This document shows positions 8,561-18,413 of a stretch of 61,196 nucleotides of DNA, one piece after another. Source of the DNA: Burkholderiales bacterium (GTDB lineage: Bacteria > Pseudomonadota > Gammaproteobacteria > Burkholderiales > Usitatibacteraceae); assembly GCA_038224475.1 (NCBI GenBank), contig JBBRFJ010000001.1, positions 1 through 61,196 of the forward strand, read 5' to 3'. The first letter of the stretch is position 1; every line of letters starts with the position of its first letter. A model generated the notes under the pieces. It had not been told where the DNA came from. It saw nothing but the letters and a program-made list of their open reading frames with translations, and searched no databases. A program made the position numbers and the translations under genes.

Positions 8561-8944
8561 GTGCAGGCAGCTACGATCTTCAGAAGAGGCGAGCCACGGC
8601 CTAGTCGACACAACAGTAGGGTCTGCGTAACGTCAGGCTTGAATTTTTTCGTGAGCCGCGCCGACTTCGATGACTTTGAACAACAGCAACAAGATGCGAT
8701 TGCGTTTCTTACTGTCCAGCAAGATGACTTTAAGAAATTGCGTCAATTTGAAGGGGTGACGAGCGTAAGTTTGGATTTTGGCATCGCCATGAGGAATGTA
8801 ATTTCCCAATCGGATCAGTTTCACCCTGAACTCATTTCCCTAATGGCGCCTCTTGGCCTTGCACTTGTGCTGATCCATTACCCATTGGGAAAAAAGAACA
8901 ATGAAGTAAAGCAGTCGCGGCGTGCGCTGCGAAAACCAATCTAA
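8561..8944 (+). CDS. hypothetical protein (cassette 4), start uncertain (GTG)
   Basis: 127-aa ORF. The first canonical start after the in-frame stop at 8501 is the GTG at 8561. No recognised motif. Confidence 0.4.
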   Translation: MQAATIFRRGEPRPSRHNSRVCVTSGLNFFVSRADFDDFEQQQQDAIAFLTVQQDDFKKLRQFEGVTSVSLDFGIAMRNVISQSDQFHPELISLMAPLGLALVLIHYPLGKKNNEVKQSRRALRKPI

Positions 8945-9006
8945 CACGTTCGTCAAAGGCGCTCCCTTTGGTCGCTGGATGGCGCAAAAGCGCGCCACCT
9001 TCAACC
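8939..9006 (+). repeat. degenerate attC-like site 4 (no GTTRRRY core)
   Basis: TCTAAC at 8940-8945. Hairpin CAAAGG-CGCTC-CCTTTG. Palindrome TGGCGC (8980-8985)-AAAAGC-GCGCCA (8992-8997). No downstream GTT core was found. Confidence 0.35.
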
Positions 9007-9549
9007 TCCAAAATAAATAGAATAGGTAGGGTAAGACGCTTTTATTTCCCTGTATTTCGACATAACCAAAAATTCAAACACAAGTACACACGACCCTTTC
9101 AAGCCGCTTTAGTCCCAATCGCCCCGCCAATAGGTCACTTTCACTTTCCGTTTCAAACAACCAAGGCACGCCTTCCTCGATCTGTCGTCTCCTGTCGCGA
9201 CATGCAATGCCCTAAGAGATTTTTCCATCAACAGATGGTGGTGCGACAAGGTGGATCGGCTCGGCAACCCGTAGCGCAGCTGAGATTACTTGGTTGCCGA
9301 TACCGCCGGCGCGATCAAATGAAGGGTTTAAGTCGTTACGTTCTCACGCAGGGCGTCGGCACGCCTTCCAGCCAATCGCTATATCGCGCCATCTAGTGCG
9401 AGATGGATAACGACCATTCGACTAAAACTATCAAGCGCCAATATGCGATATTGCAAGTCTGTGTCAGAAGGTGCACGCACAAGCGCTAGACAAAGACTAA
9501 CATTCGGCATCGACGAAAACGATCGATCAAGGCGCAAAGAGGAATGATC

Positions 9550-10866
9550 ATGGAAGCCAAAGTAGACCGCTCCGAAAGCAATAAGAATCTGCATACCCAC
9601 CAAATAATGCGCCGCACAGTGGCCCTCGTGCTGGCGGGCGGGCGAGGCTCTCGCCTGAAGCAATTGACCAATGGTCGCGCCAAGCCGGCGGTGTATTTCG
9701 GTGGCAAATTTCGCATCATTGATTTCGCGCTTTCGAATTGCCTTAATTCCGGCATCCGGCGGATGGGGGTGCTAACGCAATACAAGTCGCATTCATTGCT
9801 GCGTCACCTGCAGCGCGGCTGGAGTTTCCTCCGCGCGGAGCTAAACGAGATGGTGGATTTATTGCCCGCGCAGCAGCGCGTTGGCGATGATCATTGGTAT
9901 CGCGGCACCGCTGATGCGGTGTTTCAGAACATGGACATCATCCGTTCCAGCAGACCCGAGTACATCATTATTTTGGCGGGCGACCATATTTACAAAATGG
10001 ATTACTCGATCATGATTGAAGATCACGTCGAGAGCGGCGCTGGTTGCACTGTCGGGTGTATCGAAGTCGAGCGCGCCGAGGCCAGCGGCTTCGGCGTGAT
10101 GGCGATCGGCGGAAATAGAAAAATAACCGCTTTCGTTGAAAAACCTGCCGATCCGCCACCGATGCCGGGAAATCCGACCAAATCGCTCGCGAGCATGGGT
10201 ATTTATGTGTTTGACGCCGAGTACCTGTACCGCCTACTCGACGACGACCTCGCCAATCCCGCGTCTTCGCACGACTTTGGTAAAGACGTCATCCCGCGCT
10301 GCGTGGCCGAGGGTAAAGCGATGGCGCATCCATTCAGTATGAGCTGCGTTTCGCGCGTGAAGACCACCGTCCCTTATTGGCGTGACGTCGGCACCATCGA
10401 CGCCTTTTGGTCTGCCAACCTTGATCTGGCGTCGACCATCCCGGAGCTCGATATTTACGACCCCGATTGGCCGATTTGGACTTATCAGCGCCAACTCCCA
10501 CCGGCCAAGTTCGTGCCCGATACCAACGGCGCGTCGGGCGTGACGGTGAATACACTGATATCGGGTGGCTGCATTGTTTCCGGCTCATACGTCGCGCAGT
10601 CGGTGCTTTTTTCGGAGGTGCGCGTGCATTCTTTCTGCCATATCGAGCAGGCGGTACTGCTGCCGAACGTCACGGTGAATCGCAACTGTCGTTTGCGCCG
10701 CGTGGTGATTGACCGCAACTGCGAACTGCCGGAAGGGCTGGTCGTCGGCGAAGATGCAGAACTCGACGCGCAGCGCTTTGAGCGCACTGAAAACGGTGTG
10801 GTGCTGATTACCCGCGACATGTTGTCGAAGCTGTCTACAGCTTCGGCGGCGAGTTCGACCGCGTGA
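9550..10866 (+). CDS. glgC: glucose-1-phosphate adenylyltransferase
   Basis: [13 protein letters not shown] and [16 protein letters not shown] motifs. The ATG at 9550 has better spacing from AGAGGA than the ATG at 9544. Confidence 0.93.
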   Translation: MEAKVDRSESNKNLHTHQIMRRTVALVLAGGRGSRLKQLTNGRAKPAVYFGGKFRIIDFALSNCLNSGIRRMGVLTQYKSHSLLRHLQRGWSFLRAELNEMVDLLPAQQRVGDDHWYRGTADAVFQNMDIIRSSRPEYIIILAGDHIYKMDYSIMIEDHVESGAGCTVGCIEVERAEASGFGVMAIGGNRKITAFVEKPADPPPMPGNPTKSLASMGIYVFDAEYLYRLLDDDLANPASSHDFGKDVIPRCVAEGKAMAHPFSMSCVSRVKTTVPYWRDVGTIDAFWSANLDLASTIPELDIYDPDWPIWTYQRQLPPAKFVPDTNGASGVTVNTLISGGCIVSGSYVAQSVLFSEVRVHSFCHIEQAVLLPNVTVNRNCRLRRVVIDRNCELPEGLVVGEDAELDAQRFERTENGVVLITRDMLSKLSTASAASSTA

Positions 10867-12314
10867 GAGTACTGCAAGTCAGTGCCGAGGTATTCCCGCT
10901 GCTCAAGACGGGCGGTCTGGCAGACATTACCGGCGCACTGCCGGCCGCACTCACCAAAGCCGGCTGTGACGTTCGTCTGTTGTTGCCCGGCTTCGCGTCG
11001 ATCTTGCACGACCTACACGACGCCGTCGTCTGCGCGACAACCCAGGCACCTTGGGGGGAAACGGTCGTGCTGCGCAAGGGTCGCTTGGCGAGCCTCGGCG
11101 TCGTCGGCTACGTCATTGACGCCCCTGATCTGTACTTGCGCCCCGGCGGCCCCTATGACGACGCGGATCGTCAACCCTACGCTGATAACCATCGCCGCTT
11201 TGGGTTGCTCGGTTGGATGGCCGGTCAGTTGGCTGAAGGCATCGATGCGCAATGGCAACCGCAGGTGGCACATTGCCACGACTGGCATGCGGGTTTGGCG
11301 CCTGCATACTTGGCATTGTCGAGAGAGCGCCAAGCGACGCGCGTGGCGAGCTTGTTTACGGTACACAATCTGGCCTACCAAGGCGTGTTTGCGGCGCTAT
11401 GTTTTGCGGAGCTGGGCTTGCCGCAATCTGCTTTTTCGATGGACGGGCTGGAGTACTACGGCCAAGTCTCGTTCATGAAGGCGGGGCTCGTCTATGCAGA
11501 CCGCATCACGACTGTGAGCCCCACCTATGCGCGCGAGATTCAGACGCCAGAGCAAGGTTGCGGACTCGACGGTCTGTTGCGCGAGCGCAGCGACGTGCTC
11601 TCCGGCATCCTGAATGCTGTCGATGAAACAGTGTGGAATCCGGCCACCGACAAATTAATTCCGCACCCATACGATGCCGCCGACAGCGCCGGAAAAGCGC
11701 GCTGCAAGGCCGCGCTTCAAGCAGAAATGGGTCTCACCACCAACGCGCGCGCGCCGTTGTTTGGTGTGGTGAGCCGCCTGACGGAACAAAAGGGGCTGCA
11801 TCTTGTGACCGCAGCCATCGATGAACTGGTTTCGCTCGGCGGCCAGTTGGTGGTGCTTGGCAGCGGCGACAGTGGCTTGGAAAGCGCGCTTCGCGTTCAC
11901 GCTGAACAACACCCGCAATCCGTCGCGGTGCGTCTCGGGTACGACGAGGCGTTGGCGCATCGCATTTTTGCGGCTACCGACATCACCCTGGTCCCATCGC
12001 GTTTCGAACCATGTGGGTTGACGCAGATGTACGGCCTCAAATACGGCAGCCTGCCGCTGGTTCACCGCGTCGGTGGGCTGGCGGATACGGTGGTGGATTG
12101 CACCGTTGAAAATCTCGCCAATAGCAGCGCCAACGGTTTTGTGTTCGACGTTTTTTCTGACGCCGAATTTGCACGCGCCATGCGTCGCGCTGTTGCCCTG
12201 TACGCGATTGAAAAAGATTGGGCGGCCGTGACAAAACGCGCGCGGGCTCAATTATTCGGCTGGGATGCCGGGGCAGCGCAGTATCTCGCGTTGTATCGGC
12301 AGATCACGGCTTAG
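10863..12314 (+). CDS. glgA: glycogen synthase
   Basis: N-terminal [17 protein letters not shown] (KTGGL motif). The GTG start overlaps the glgC stop (GTGA). Confidence 0.93.
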   Translation: MRVLQVSAEVFPLLKTGGLADITGALPAALTKAGCDVRLLLPGFASILHDLHDAVVCATTQAPWGETVVLRKGRLASLGVVGYVIDAPDLYLRPGGPYDDADRQPYADNHRRFGLLGWMAGQLAEGIDAQWQPQVAHCHDWHAGLAPAYLALSRERQATRVASLFTVHNLAYQGVFAALCFAELGLPQSAFSMDGLEYYGQVSFMKAGLVYADRITTVSPTYAREIQTPEQGCGLDGLLRERSDVLSGILNAVDETVWNPATDKLIPHPYDAADSAGKARCKAALQAEMGLTTNARAPLFGVVSRLTEQKGLHLVTAAIDELVSLGGQLVVLGSGDSGLESALRVHAEQHPQSVAVRLGYDEALAHRIFAATDITLVPSRFEPCGLTQMYGLKYGSLPLVHRVGGLADTVVDCTVENLANSSANGFVFDVFSDAEFARAMRRAVALYAIEKDWAAVTKRARAQLFGWDAGAAQYLALYRQITA

Positions 12315-12490
12315 ACAAACCTTAGACAAACTTGAGAAAATGGTCAAACACGCCATTTGGCGGGTCATTTCAGCACTTTTTGCTCGACAACGCCCGCTGG
12401 CTCTAGAGTTTGGCTGTGATCCATTTCGCACCAAATCCCGGACTGACTGAGGCGTTCAGCGTACCCGAGCGAATGGCTGCTCCTGCCGCC

Positions 12491-14011
12491 CTACACAGGC
12501 AGCCGCATCAACCCAATCGGTGCACGACCGCTGGCCGCAGTCACCAATCCAAGTACCCGTGTTGTCTCGCCGTTGAGCATCGACCACTCAAGCCGCCACT
12601 GCCAGTTGCCAGCTGGCGTACCCGGTACGTTCAGCCGGTGGTGGCTATCAAGTCCCAGAATATCCTGCATCGGAAAAATGGCTGTGGCGGCGACCGAGTT
12701 ACACGCGGCGCGAATCATTGCCCAGTGGATGTCGTTGGCGGTTGCCGCCAAGTAGCTTCCGGCAAAGGCACGCTCGCGCTCACTGGTGTTGTCCCACCAG
12801 CCGCGTGTGGTGTCGTTGTCATGCGTACCTGAATAGGCCACGGTATTGATGGCGTAATTGTGCGGCAAATATTCATGGGTGCCGTCGCCGCTGAACGCGA
12901 ACTGCAGAATGCGCATACCCGGCAGGTTGAATCGGGTTCGGAGTTCGACCACATCGGGCGTGATCAACCCAAGATCCTCAGCGACGATCGGAAGTTTGCC
13001 GAGTGCGTTTTCAATCGCGTTGAAAAATGCGATGCCCGGCGCATCCACCCAGCGCCCCTGCGTCGCATCGTCACAACTCGCATCAATTTCATAGTACGCC
13101 GCGAATGCGCGAAAGTGATCGATGCGCACCAAATCCGACGTACTCAGCGTTCTTTTTAGACGTGCGATCCACCACGCAAAACCATCAGCCGCCATCCGAT
13201 CCCAGCGATAAAGCGGATTACCCCAGCGCTGGCCGGTTGCCGACATGGCATCCGGTGGTACACCGGCCACCACCGTCGGCTGAAACGCGTCATCCAGGAA
13301 GAACGCATCCGGTCGCGCCCAACAGTCAGCGCTGTCGTGCGCAATAAAAATAGGAACGTCCCCCATGATCGAGACACCGCGCTCGTTGGCATAGGCTTTC
13401 AAATCGCGCAACTGCGCGTCAAAGCACCATTGCACAAAGCGCCAAAAGCCGATCTCGTCGGCGTACTGTTCTCGCGCCGCTGCAAGCGCGGCCGGGTGGC
13501 GGTGCGCTAATGGCGCAGCCCAACTCCACCAAGCGTGCGCTTGGTGTTTGGTGCGCAGCGCCATATAGAGCGTGTAGTCATCCAGCCAACTGGCCTCGGC
13601 AGTGCACCATCTGTCAAACGCGTCGCGTTCTGCCGCCGTCGCCGATGCGAAGAAGCCTGCTGCCGCACGCCGTAGTGCCGCCTCACGCCACGGCAGCACC
13701 TGTGCGTAATCAACCGTCGACGCATTAAACCCGCCGGAGGGCAACGTAGGTTCATCAAGCCATCCTTGAGTAACCAATGGTTCTAGCGCCACCAGCCACG
13801 GATTGCCGGCAAATGCCGATACGCCTTGATAGGGCGAGTTGCCCCCGCCGATCGGCGTGGTGGGTAGCAATTGCCAAATCGACTGTCCGGTCGCCTGCAG
13901 CCAGTCAATAAAACGGTAGGCGTCAGGACCAAAGTCGCCGCTGCCATGAGGCCCGGGAAGTGAGGTGATATGGAGGAGCACTCCAGCGCTGCGAGATTGA
14001 AGTACGGTCAT
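12491..14011 (-). CDS. malQ: 4-alpha-glucanotransferase (amylomaltase)
   Basis: GH77 hallmarks RSAGVLLHITSLPG, VRIDHFRAF and PMQD. 4-nt overlap with glgX. Confidence 0.9.
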   Translation of the reverse strand: MTVLQSRSAGVLLHITSLPGPHGSGDFGPDAYRFIDWLQATGQSIWQLLPTTPIGGGNSPYQGVSAFAGNPWLVALEPLVTQGWLDEPTLPSGGFNASTVDYAQVLPWREAALRRAAAGFFASATAAERDAFDRWCTAEASWLDDYTLYMALRTKHQAHAWWSWAAPLAHRHPAALAAAREQYADEIGFWRFVQWCFDAQLRDLKAYANERGVSIMGDVPIFIAHDSADCWARPDAFFLDDAFQPTVVAGVPPDAMSATGQRWGNPLYRWDRMAADGFAWWIARLKRTLSTSDLVRIDHFRAFAAYYEIDASCDDATQGRWVDAPGIAFFNAIENALGKLPIVAEDLGLITPDVVELRTRFNLPGMRILQFAFSGDGTHEYLPHNYAINTVAYSGTHDNDTTRGWWDNTSERERAFAGSYLAATANDIHWAMIRAACNSVAATAIFPMQDILGLDSHHRLNVPGTPAGNWQWRLEWSMLNGETTRVLGLVTAASGRAPIGLMRLPV

Positions 14012-16125
14012 GTTTCAAGCGTTGTAGAAGCGAATGAGGAGCGCAGCACCACCAACGAGTGTGAGGCGACGCTTAGCGTTGCGGTGTGTGCGTCGCCGGT
14101 TGCAATGGTGCTGCTGGTATCGAGAACAACCTGCCATGCCGAGCCCGGAATCGAAAACTCGACCTCGACCTTCTCGGGATTGAGGCAAATCATCAATTGC
14201 TCGGCAACCTCGCCTGCTGAAGGAGGGCAAAGCCTGCACGCGAACGCGTGGTTACTCTGGTCGTGCCAGTCGTGCGTTTGCATATCGATGCCTGCCGGTG
14301 TGAGCCAGCTGAAAAGGGCGGTGCTGCCGGTCGCGTGCGTGGCGCTCAGCCATTCATCCTGTCGAAACTGGGGCGACGCGCGGCGCTGGGCGATGACGCT
14401 GGCGACAAATTTGGTTAAGTCATGATCGGCATCGGACCAATTGAGCCACCCGGTGGCGTTGTCCTGGCAATAGGCGTTGTTGTTGCCGCCTTGGCTATTG
14501 CCGATTTCGTCACCTGCGCACAGCATGGGTGTGCCTTGCGAAAGCAACAACGTCGCCAACATCGCACGTTGCAGCCGCTGCCGCACGCCAGCGATCTGTG
14601 GATCCGCAGTCGGCCCGTCCGCGCCAAAGTTTGCGCACAGTTCGTTGTCGCGGCCGTCGCGGTTGTCCTCGCCATTCGCGGTATTGTTCTTACGGCTGTA
14701 GCTCAGCATATCAACCAGCGTGAAGCCATCGTGCGCACACACAAAATTGACCGACGCCGAAGGCCGCCGTTTGCCATGGTGGAACACGTCGCTCGACCCG
14801 GTGATACGCCGCGCCAGCTCGCCGCGCGAAATGCCCGACCGCAACCAGAAGCCGCGAATCGCGTCGCGGTACTTGTCGTTCCATTCGAGGAAGCGGCCCG
14901 GAAAGCGCCCCAGTTGATAGCCGTCGTAACCTGCATCCCATGGCTCAGCAATCAGGCGGGCTCTCGACAAAATCGGATCCTGTTGCAAGGCGACAAAGAA
15001 CGCCGCACACGGGTCGAAGCCGTGCTGTCGGCGACCCAGTACCGGTGCCAGATCAAACCGAAAACCATCAACGCCCATCTCGTGCACCCAGTAACGCAAT
15101 GAGTCCAGCACAAACTGGGTTACTCGCGGATGCTCAACGTTGAGTGTGTTTCCACAACCGGTGAGGTTCTCGGCACGACTGTGATCGTCTGCAACGTGTC
15201 GATACCACACCGCATTGTCGAGCCCGCGAAAGCTAATCGTCGGGCCGAACTCGCTGCCTTCCGGGGTGTGGTTGTAGACCACGTCGAGCACGACTTCAAT
15301 CCCGCTCTCATGCAGCGTGTGCACCATCTCGCGAAACTCTTCGATGACCTCGCTAGGGTCCGCCCCGCTGCGCGCCAGGCGCGGGTCTGGCGCAAAAAAA
15401 CCCAGCGTGTTGTAGCCCCAGTAGTTGCGCATGCCGCGCTCAACCAAACCCGACTCGTCCACACAATATTGGACCGGCAACAGCGACAGCGTGGTGACGC
15501 CCAGCGCTTGAAAGTGTGCGATCGCCGCCGGGTGCGCGAGGGCTGCGAAACGTCCACGCAGCGCCTCAGGAATACCCGGGTGCGTCATCGAAAAGCCCTT
15601 GACGTGGACCTCGTAGAGAACCACTGCAGCCGCGGCATGGCGGGGAGCGTTAAACCAACCGGGCGCTGCTGACGGCGGCGCGGCAACGCGAGCTTTCAAG
15701 GCCGACGCGCCGTTGTCCCGATGGTCGAACGATCGTGGACCGTCCGGGTGTCCCAATTCAAATCCGTGATGTTCCGCACGCCAGCCAAACTGCCCGACGA
15801 TCTCACGCGCCCAAGGGTCGAGCAACACTTTGTTCGGGTTAAAGCGATGGCCGGACGCCGGCTTGTAGAGGCCGTGCGCACGCAGCCCATAGACAAGTCC
15901 CTGCCCGAGTCCCGCGAGGAACCCATGGAACACGCCATCGATGGGGCCATGCAGTCCGTAGCGCCGCAGCTCGCGAACGCCGCTGGTGTCGTAGACACAC
16001 AACTCAATCATCGCTGCGTGTTCGGAAAACACCGCAAAATTGACGCCGCCGTCGCGAACCAACGACCCCATCGGTTCACAACGTCCTTCGGCGATTTGGC
16101 TGGGTAAGGTGGCGCGTTCACTCAT
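14008..16125 (-). CDS. glgX: glycogen debranching enzyme
   Basis: GH13 motifs VVLDVVYNHT, DGFRFDLA, EPWD and CAHDGFTL. Confidence 0.92.
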   Translation of the reverse strand: MSERATLPSQIAEGRCEPMGSLVRDGGVNFAVFSEHAAMIELCVYDTSGVRELRRYGLHGPIDGVFHGFLAGLGQGLVYGLRAHGLYKPASGHRFNPNKVLLDPWAREIVGQFGWRAEHHGFELGHPDGPRSFDHRDNGASALKARVAAPPSAAPGWFNAPRHAAAAVVLYEVHVKGFSMTHPGIPEALRGRFAALAHPAAIAHFQALGVTTLSLLPVQYCVDESGLVERGMRNYWGYNTLGFFAPDPRLARSGADPSEVIEEFREMVHTLHESGIEVVLDVVYNHTPEGSEFGPTISFRGLDNAVWYRHVADDHSRAENLTGCGNTLNVEHPRVTQFVLDSLRYWVHEMGVDGFRFDLAPVLGRRQHGFDPCAAFFVALQQDPILSRARLIAEPWDAGYDGYQLGRFPGRFLEWNDKYRDAIRGFWLRSGISRGELARRITGSSDVFHHGKRRPSASVNFVCAHDGFTLVDMLSYSRKNNTANGEDNRDGRDNELCANFGADGPTADPQIAGVRQRLQRAMLATLLLSQGTPMLCAGDEIGNSQGGNNNAYCQDNATGWLNWSDADHDLTKFVASVIAQRRASPQFRQDEWLSATHATGSTALFSWLTPAGIDMQTHDWHDQSNHAFACRLCPPSAGEVAEQLMICLNPEKVEVEFSIPGSAWQVVLDTSSTIATGDAHTATLSVASHSLVVLRSSFASTTLET

Positions 16126-16143
16126 AGTTGGTTAATGAGGCAG

Positions 16144-18339
16144 TTATTGTTGAATCAAAAAAAGCGTCGCTAACGGCGGCAAGTCAATGACGACCGATGC
16201 AGGTCGTCCATGCGTGCCGATTGACTCGCCCATCACGGCGGTATCAAGCGCGGAGTTCCCACTGCCGCCGTACTCAACAGCGTCTGTATTTAACGCAATG
16301 CGCCATGTTGACGACGCCGTCGAAATCCCGATGCGGTATTTCGCACGTGGTACCGGTGTGAAATTGCTCACGACCAAGACCTGCCGTCCATGCTCATCTT
16401 TGCGTAACCAAGCGAACACTGATTGCGCGCGATCTTCCGCGACGAGCCACTCGAAGCCACGCGGATCGCAATCGAGCTGGTGCAACGCGGTCTGCGAAAC
16501 ATAGATTGCATTGAGATCACGCACCAGCCGCGCGACACCAGCGTGGCGCTGGTCTTCAAGCAACGCCCATGGTAATTCGGCGTCGTGATTCCATTCCGTG
16601 ACCTGCGCGAATTCCTGCCCCATGAACAGCAGCTTCTTGCCCGGGTGGCCCCACATGAAGCCGTAGTACGCGCGAAGGTTGGCAAAGCGCTGCCAGTCAT
16701 CGCCCGGCATCTTCGACAGCAAGCTCTGCTTGCCGTGGACGACCTCGTCATGCGAGAGCGGCAAAATAAAATTTTCACTGAAGGCGTAGAGCATGCCGAA
16801 GGTCATCTTGTCATGATGTGACGAGCGGTGTACCGGGTCCTCGTGCATGTAACGCAACGTATCGTTCATCCAGCCCATGTTCCATTTAAAATGAAATCCC
16901 AAGCCACCCGCATAGCCCGGTGCCGTCACCCCAGGATACGCGGTCGATTCTTCGGCCACCGTCATGGCACCCGGACATTGCGTGCCGATCACTTCATTGG
17001 TACGTCGGAGCAGTGAAATCGCCTCGTAGTTTTCGCGGCCGCCGTCTTTGTTTGGAACCCATTCGCCGGCCTTGCGGCTGTAATCGCGGTAGAGCATCGA
17101 GGCCACCGCATCGACGCGCAGGCCGTCAATTCCAAAGCGTTCGACCCAGTAGAGCGCGCTACCGACAAGGAAGGCGCGCACCTCGCGGCGATCAAAGTTA
17201 TAGATGAGCGTATTCCAATCGCGATGGAAGCCCTCGCGCGGGTCAGCGTACTCATAGAGTGCCGTCCCATCAAAATTGGCGAGCCCGTGCTCATCGGCAG
17301 GAAAATGCGCCGGCACCCAATCAACCAGCACGCCAATATTGCGCTCGTGGCAGGCCGCCACGAAGCGGCGGAAGCCTTCGGGGCTACCGAATCTGGCGGT
17401 CGGCGCGTACATGCCAAGGGTCTGATAACCCCACGAGCCATCGAACGGGTATTCACTAACCGGCATTAGCTCAATATGTGTAAAACCGAGATCTTGCACG
17501 TAGGCGGGCAGTTCAGCGGCGAGGCTATCCCAGGTGGGAAACGCCGCACCGGGTCTCTTCCACGACGCGAGCTGCACTTCGTAGATGGAAATCGGCGCAT
17601 TCCGCGCGTTGGCGTTCGCACGCTGCAGCGAAAGCCCGGTTTTCTCGGGCAATGGCGCGACAATGCTCGCAGTGCCGGGCCGAAGTTCCGCCGCTCGGGC
17701 ATACGGATCCGCTTTCAACGTGAGCTGTTTGCCTTCACGCGAGACGACTTCGTATTTGTAATGGTCGCCCGTCGCCGCGTGCGGAACAAATAGCGCCCAG
17801 ATGCCGGATCTACCGTCCGGGCCGCATAGACGCATTGGGTGCCAGCGTGCGTCCCATGTATTGAAGTCACCGACAACACTGACGCCGCGCGCATTGGGTG
17901 CCCAGACGGCAAAGCGGACACCGGCCACCGCGCCACCGTCATCCATGCGTGTGAGTGGTTGCGCGCCGAGAATTTCAAACGGTCGCAGGTGGCTGCCCTC
18001 GCCTAAAAAGTACAGATCTTGTTCGCCAATGTCGGCGTCGAACGCGAAGGCATCGGCCATGATGCTGGTGGCACCCGATTGCCAGTGCACGTCGAGTCGG
18101 TAGCTAAAAGTCTTGCGTCGGCGCGGTATCGCGCCCTCAAACAAGCCGTCTGGATGTCGCAGCGACAACTGTGTGAGTGTCGTACCACTGGTGGCGTCGA
18201 TCACCCCGACGGTTTGGGCTCCGGGCAGCATTGCGCGCACCCACAGTCGCCCCATGTCATCGGCGTGCATGCCAAGCAGCTGGAACGGCGCGGGATGCTG
18301 TTTGCCGACGAGTGCGATGACGTCGGTCTCAGCTACCAA
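16144..18339 (-). CDS. glgB: 1,4-alpha-glucan branching enzyme
   Basis: GH13 motifs VLVDWVPAHF, DGLRVDAVASMLY, VAEESTA and LPLSHDEVVHGK. Confidence 0.93.
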   Translation of the reverse strand: MVAETDVIALVGKQHPAPFQLLGMHADDMGRLWVRAMLPGAQTVGVIDATSGTTLTQLSLRHPDGLFEGAIPRRRKTFSYRLDVHWQSGATSIMADAFAFDADIGEQDLYFLGEGSHLRPFEILGAQPLTRMDDGGAVAGVRFAVWAPNARGVSVVGDFNTWDARWHPMRLCGPDGRSGIWALFVPHAATGDHYKYEVVSREGKQLTLKADPYARAAELRPGTASIVAPLPEKTGLSLQRANANARNAPISIYEVQLASWKRPGAAFPTWDSLAAELPAYVQDLGFTHIELMPVSEYPFDGSWGYQTLGMYAPTARFGSPEGFRRFVAACHERNIGVLVDWVPAHFPADEHGLANFDGTALYEYADPREGFHRDWNTLIYNFDRREVRAFLVGSALYWVERFGIDGLRVDAVASMLYRDYSRKAGEWVPNKDGGRENYEAISLLRRTNEVIGTQCPGAMTVAEESTAYPGVTAPGYAGGLGFHFKWNMGWMNDTLRYMHEDPVHRSSHHDKMTFGMLYAFSENFILPLSHDEVVHGKQSLLSKMPGDDWQRFANLRAYYGFMWGHPGKKLLFMGQEFAQVTEWNHDAELPWALLEDQRHAGVARLVRDLNAIYVSQTALHQLDCDPRGFEWLVAEDRAQSVFAWLRKDEHGRQVLVVSNFTPVPRAKYRIGISTASSTWRIALNTDAVEYGGSGNSALDTAVMGESIGTHGRPASVVIDLPPLATLFLIQQ

Positions 18340-18413
18340 AGCGAGTCACCCTTCACTGATTTCTCTGCGCTATGTTCAAGCAGGCAACGTCAATGCTTCG
18401 CTCCCATTCATTC

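Larger units (their letters stand above)
6522..9006. mobile_element. decayed chromosomal integron: intI relic, attI-like junction and four cassette-like units
   Basis: The intI-like pseudogene on the minus strand is divergent from four small plus-strand ORFs. Each ORF is followed by an imperfect GC-rich palindrome and a GTTRRRY core. Confidence 0.6.

Noticed and set aside
9262-9299. tRNA-like string GTAGCGCAGCTG within a hairpin
   Set aside because: It resembles a D-arm, but there is no T-loop (GTTCGAATC-like), acceptor stem or anticodon arm around it. It is just an 8-bp stem with a 22-nt loop.
8968-9396. 142-aa plus-strand ORF after the last cassette
   Set aside because: Its translation is Arg-rich and low in complexity, it starts inside the degenerate attC-like palindrome, and it has no RBS or motif.
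12310-12331. Tandem duplication CTTAGACAAAC x2 overlapping the glgA stop codon
   Set aside because: It is real but tiny (two copies of 11 nt) and looks like a simple slippage duplication in a convergent intergenic region with no evident function.
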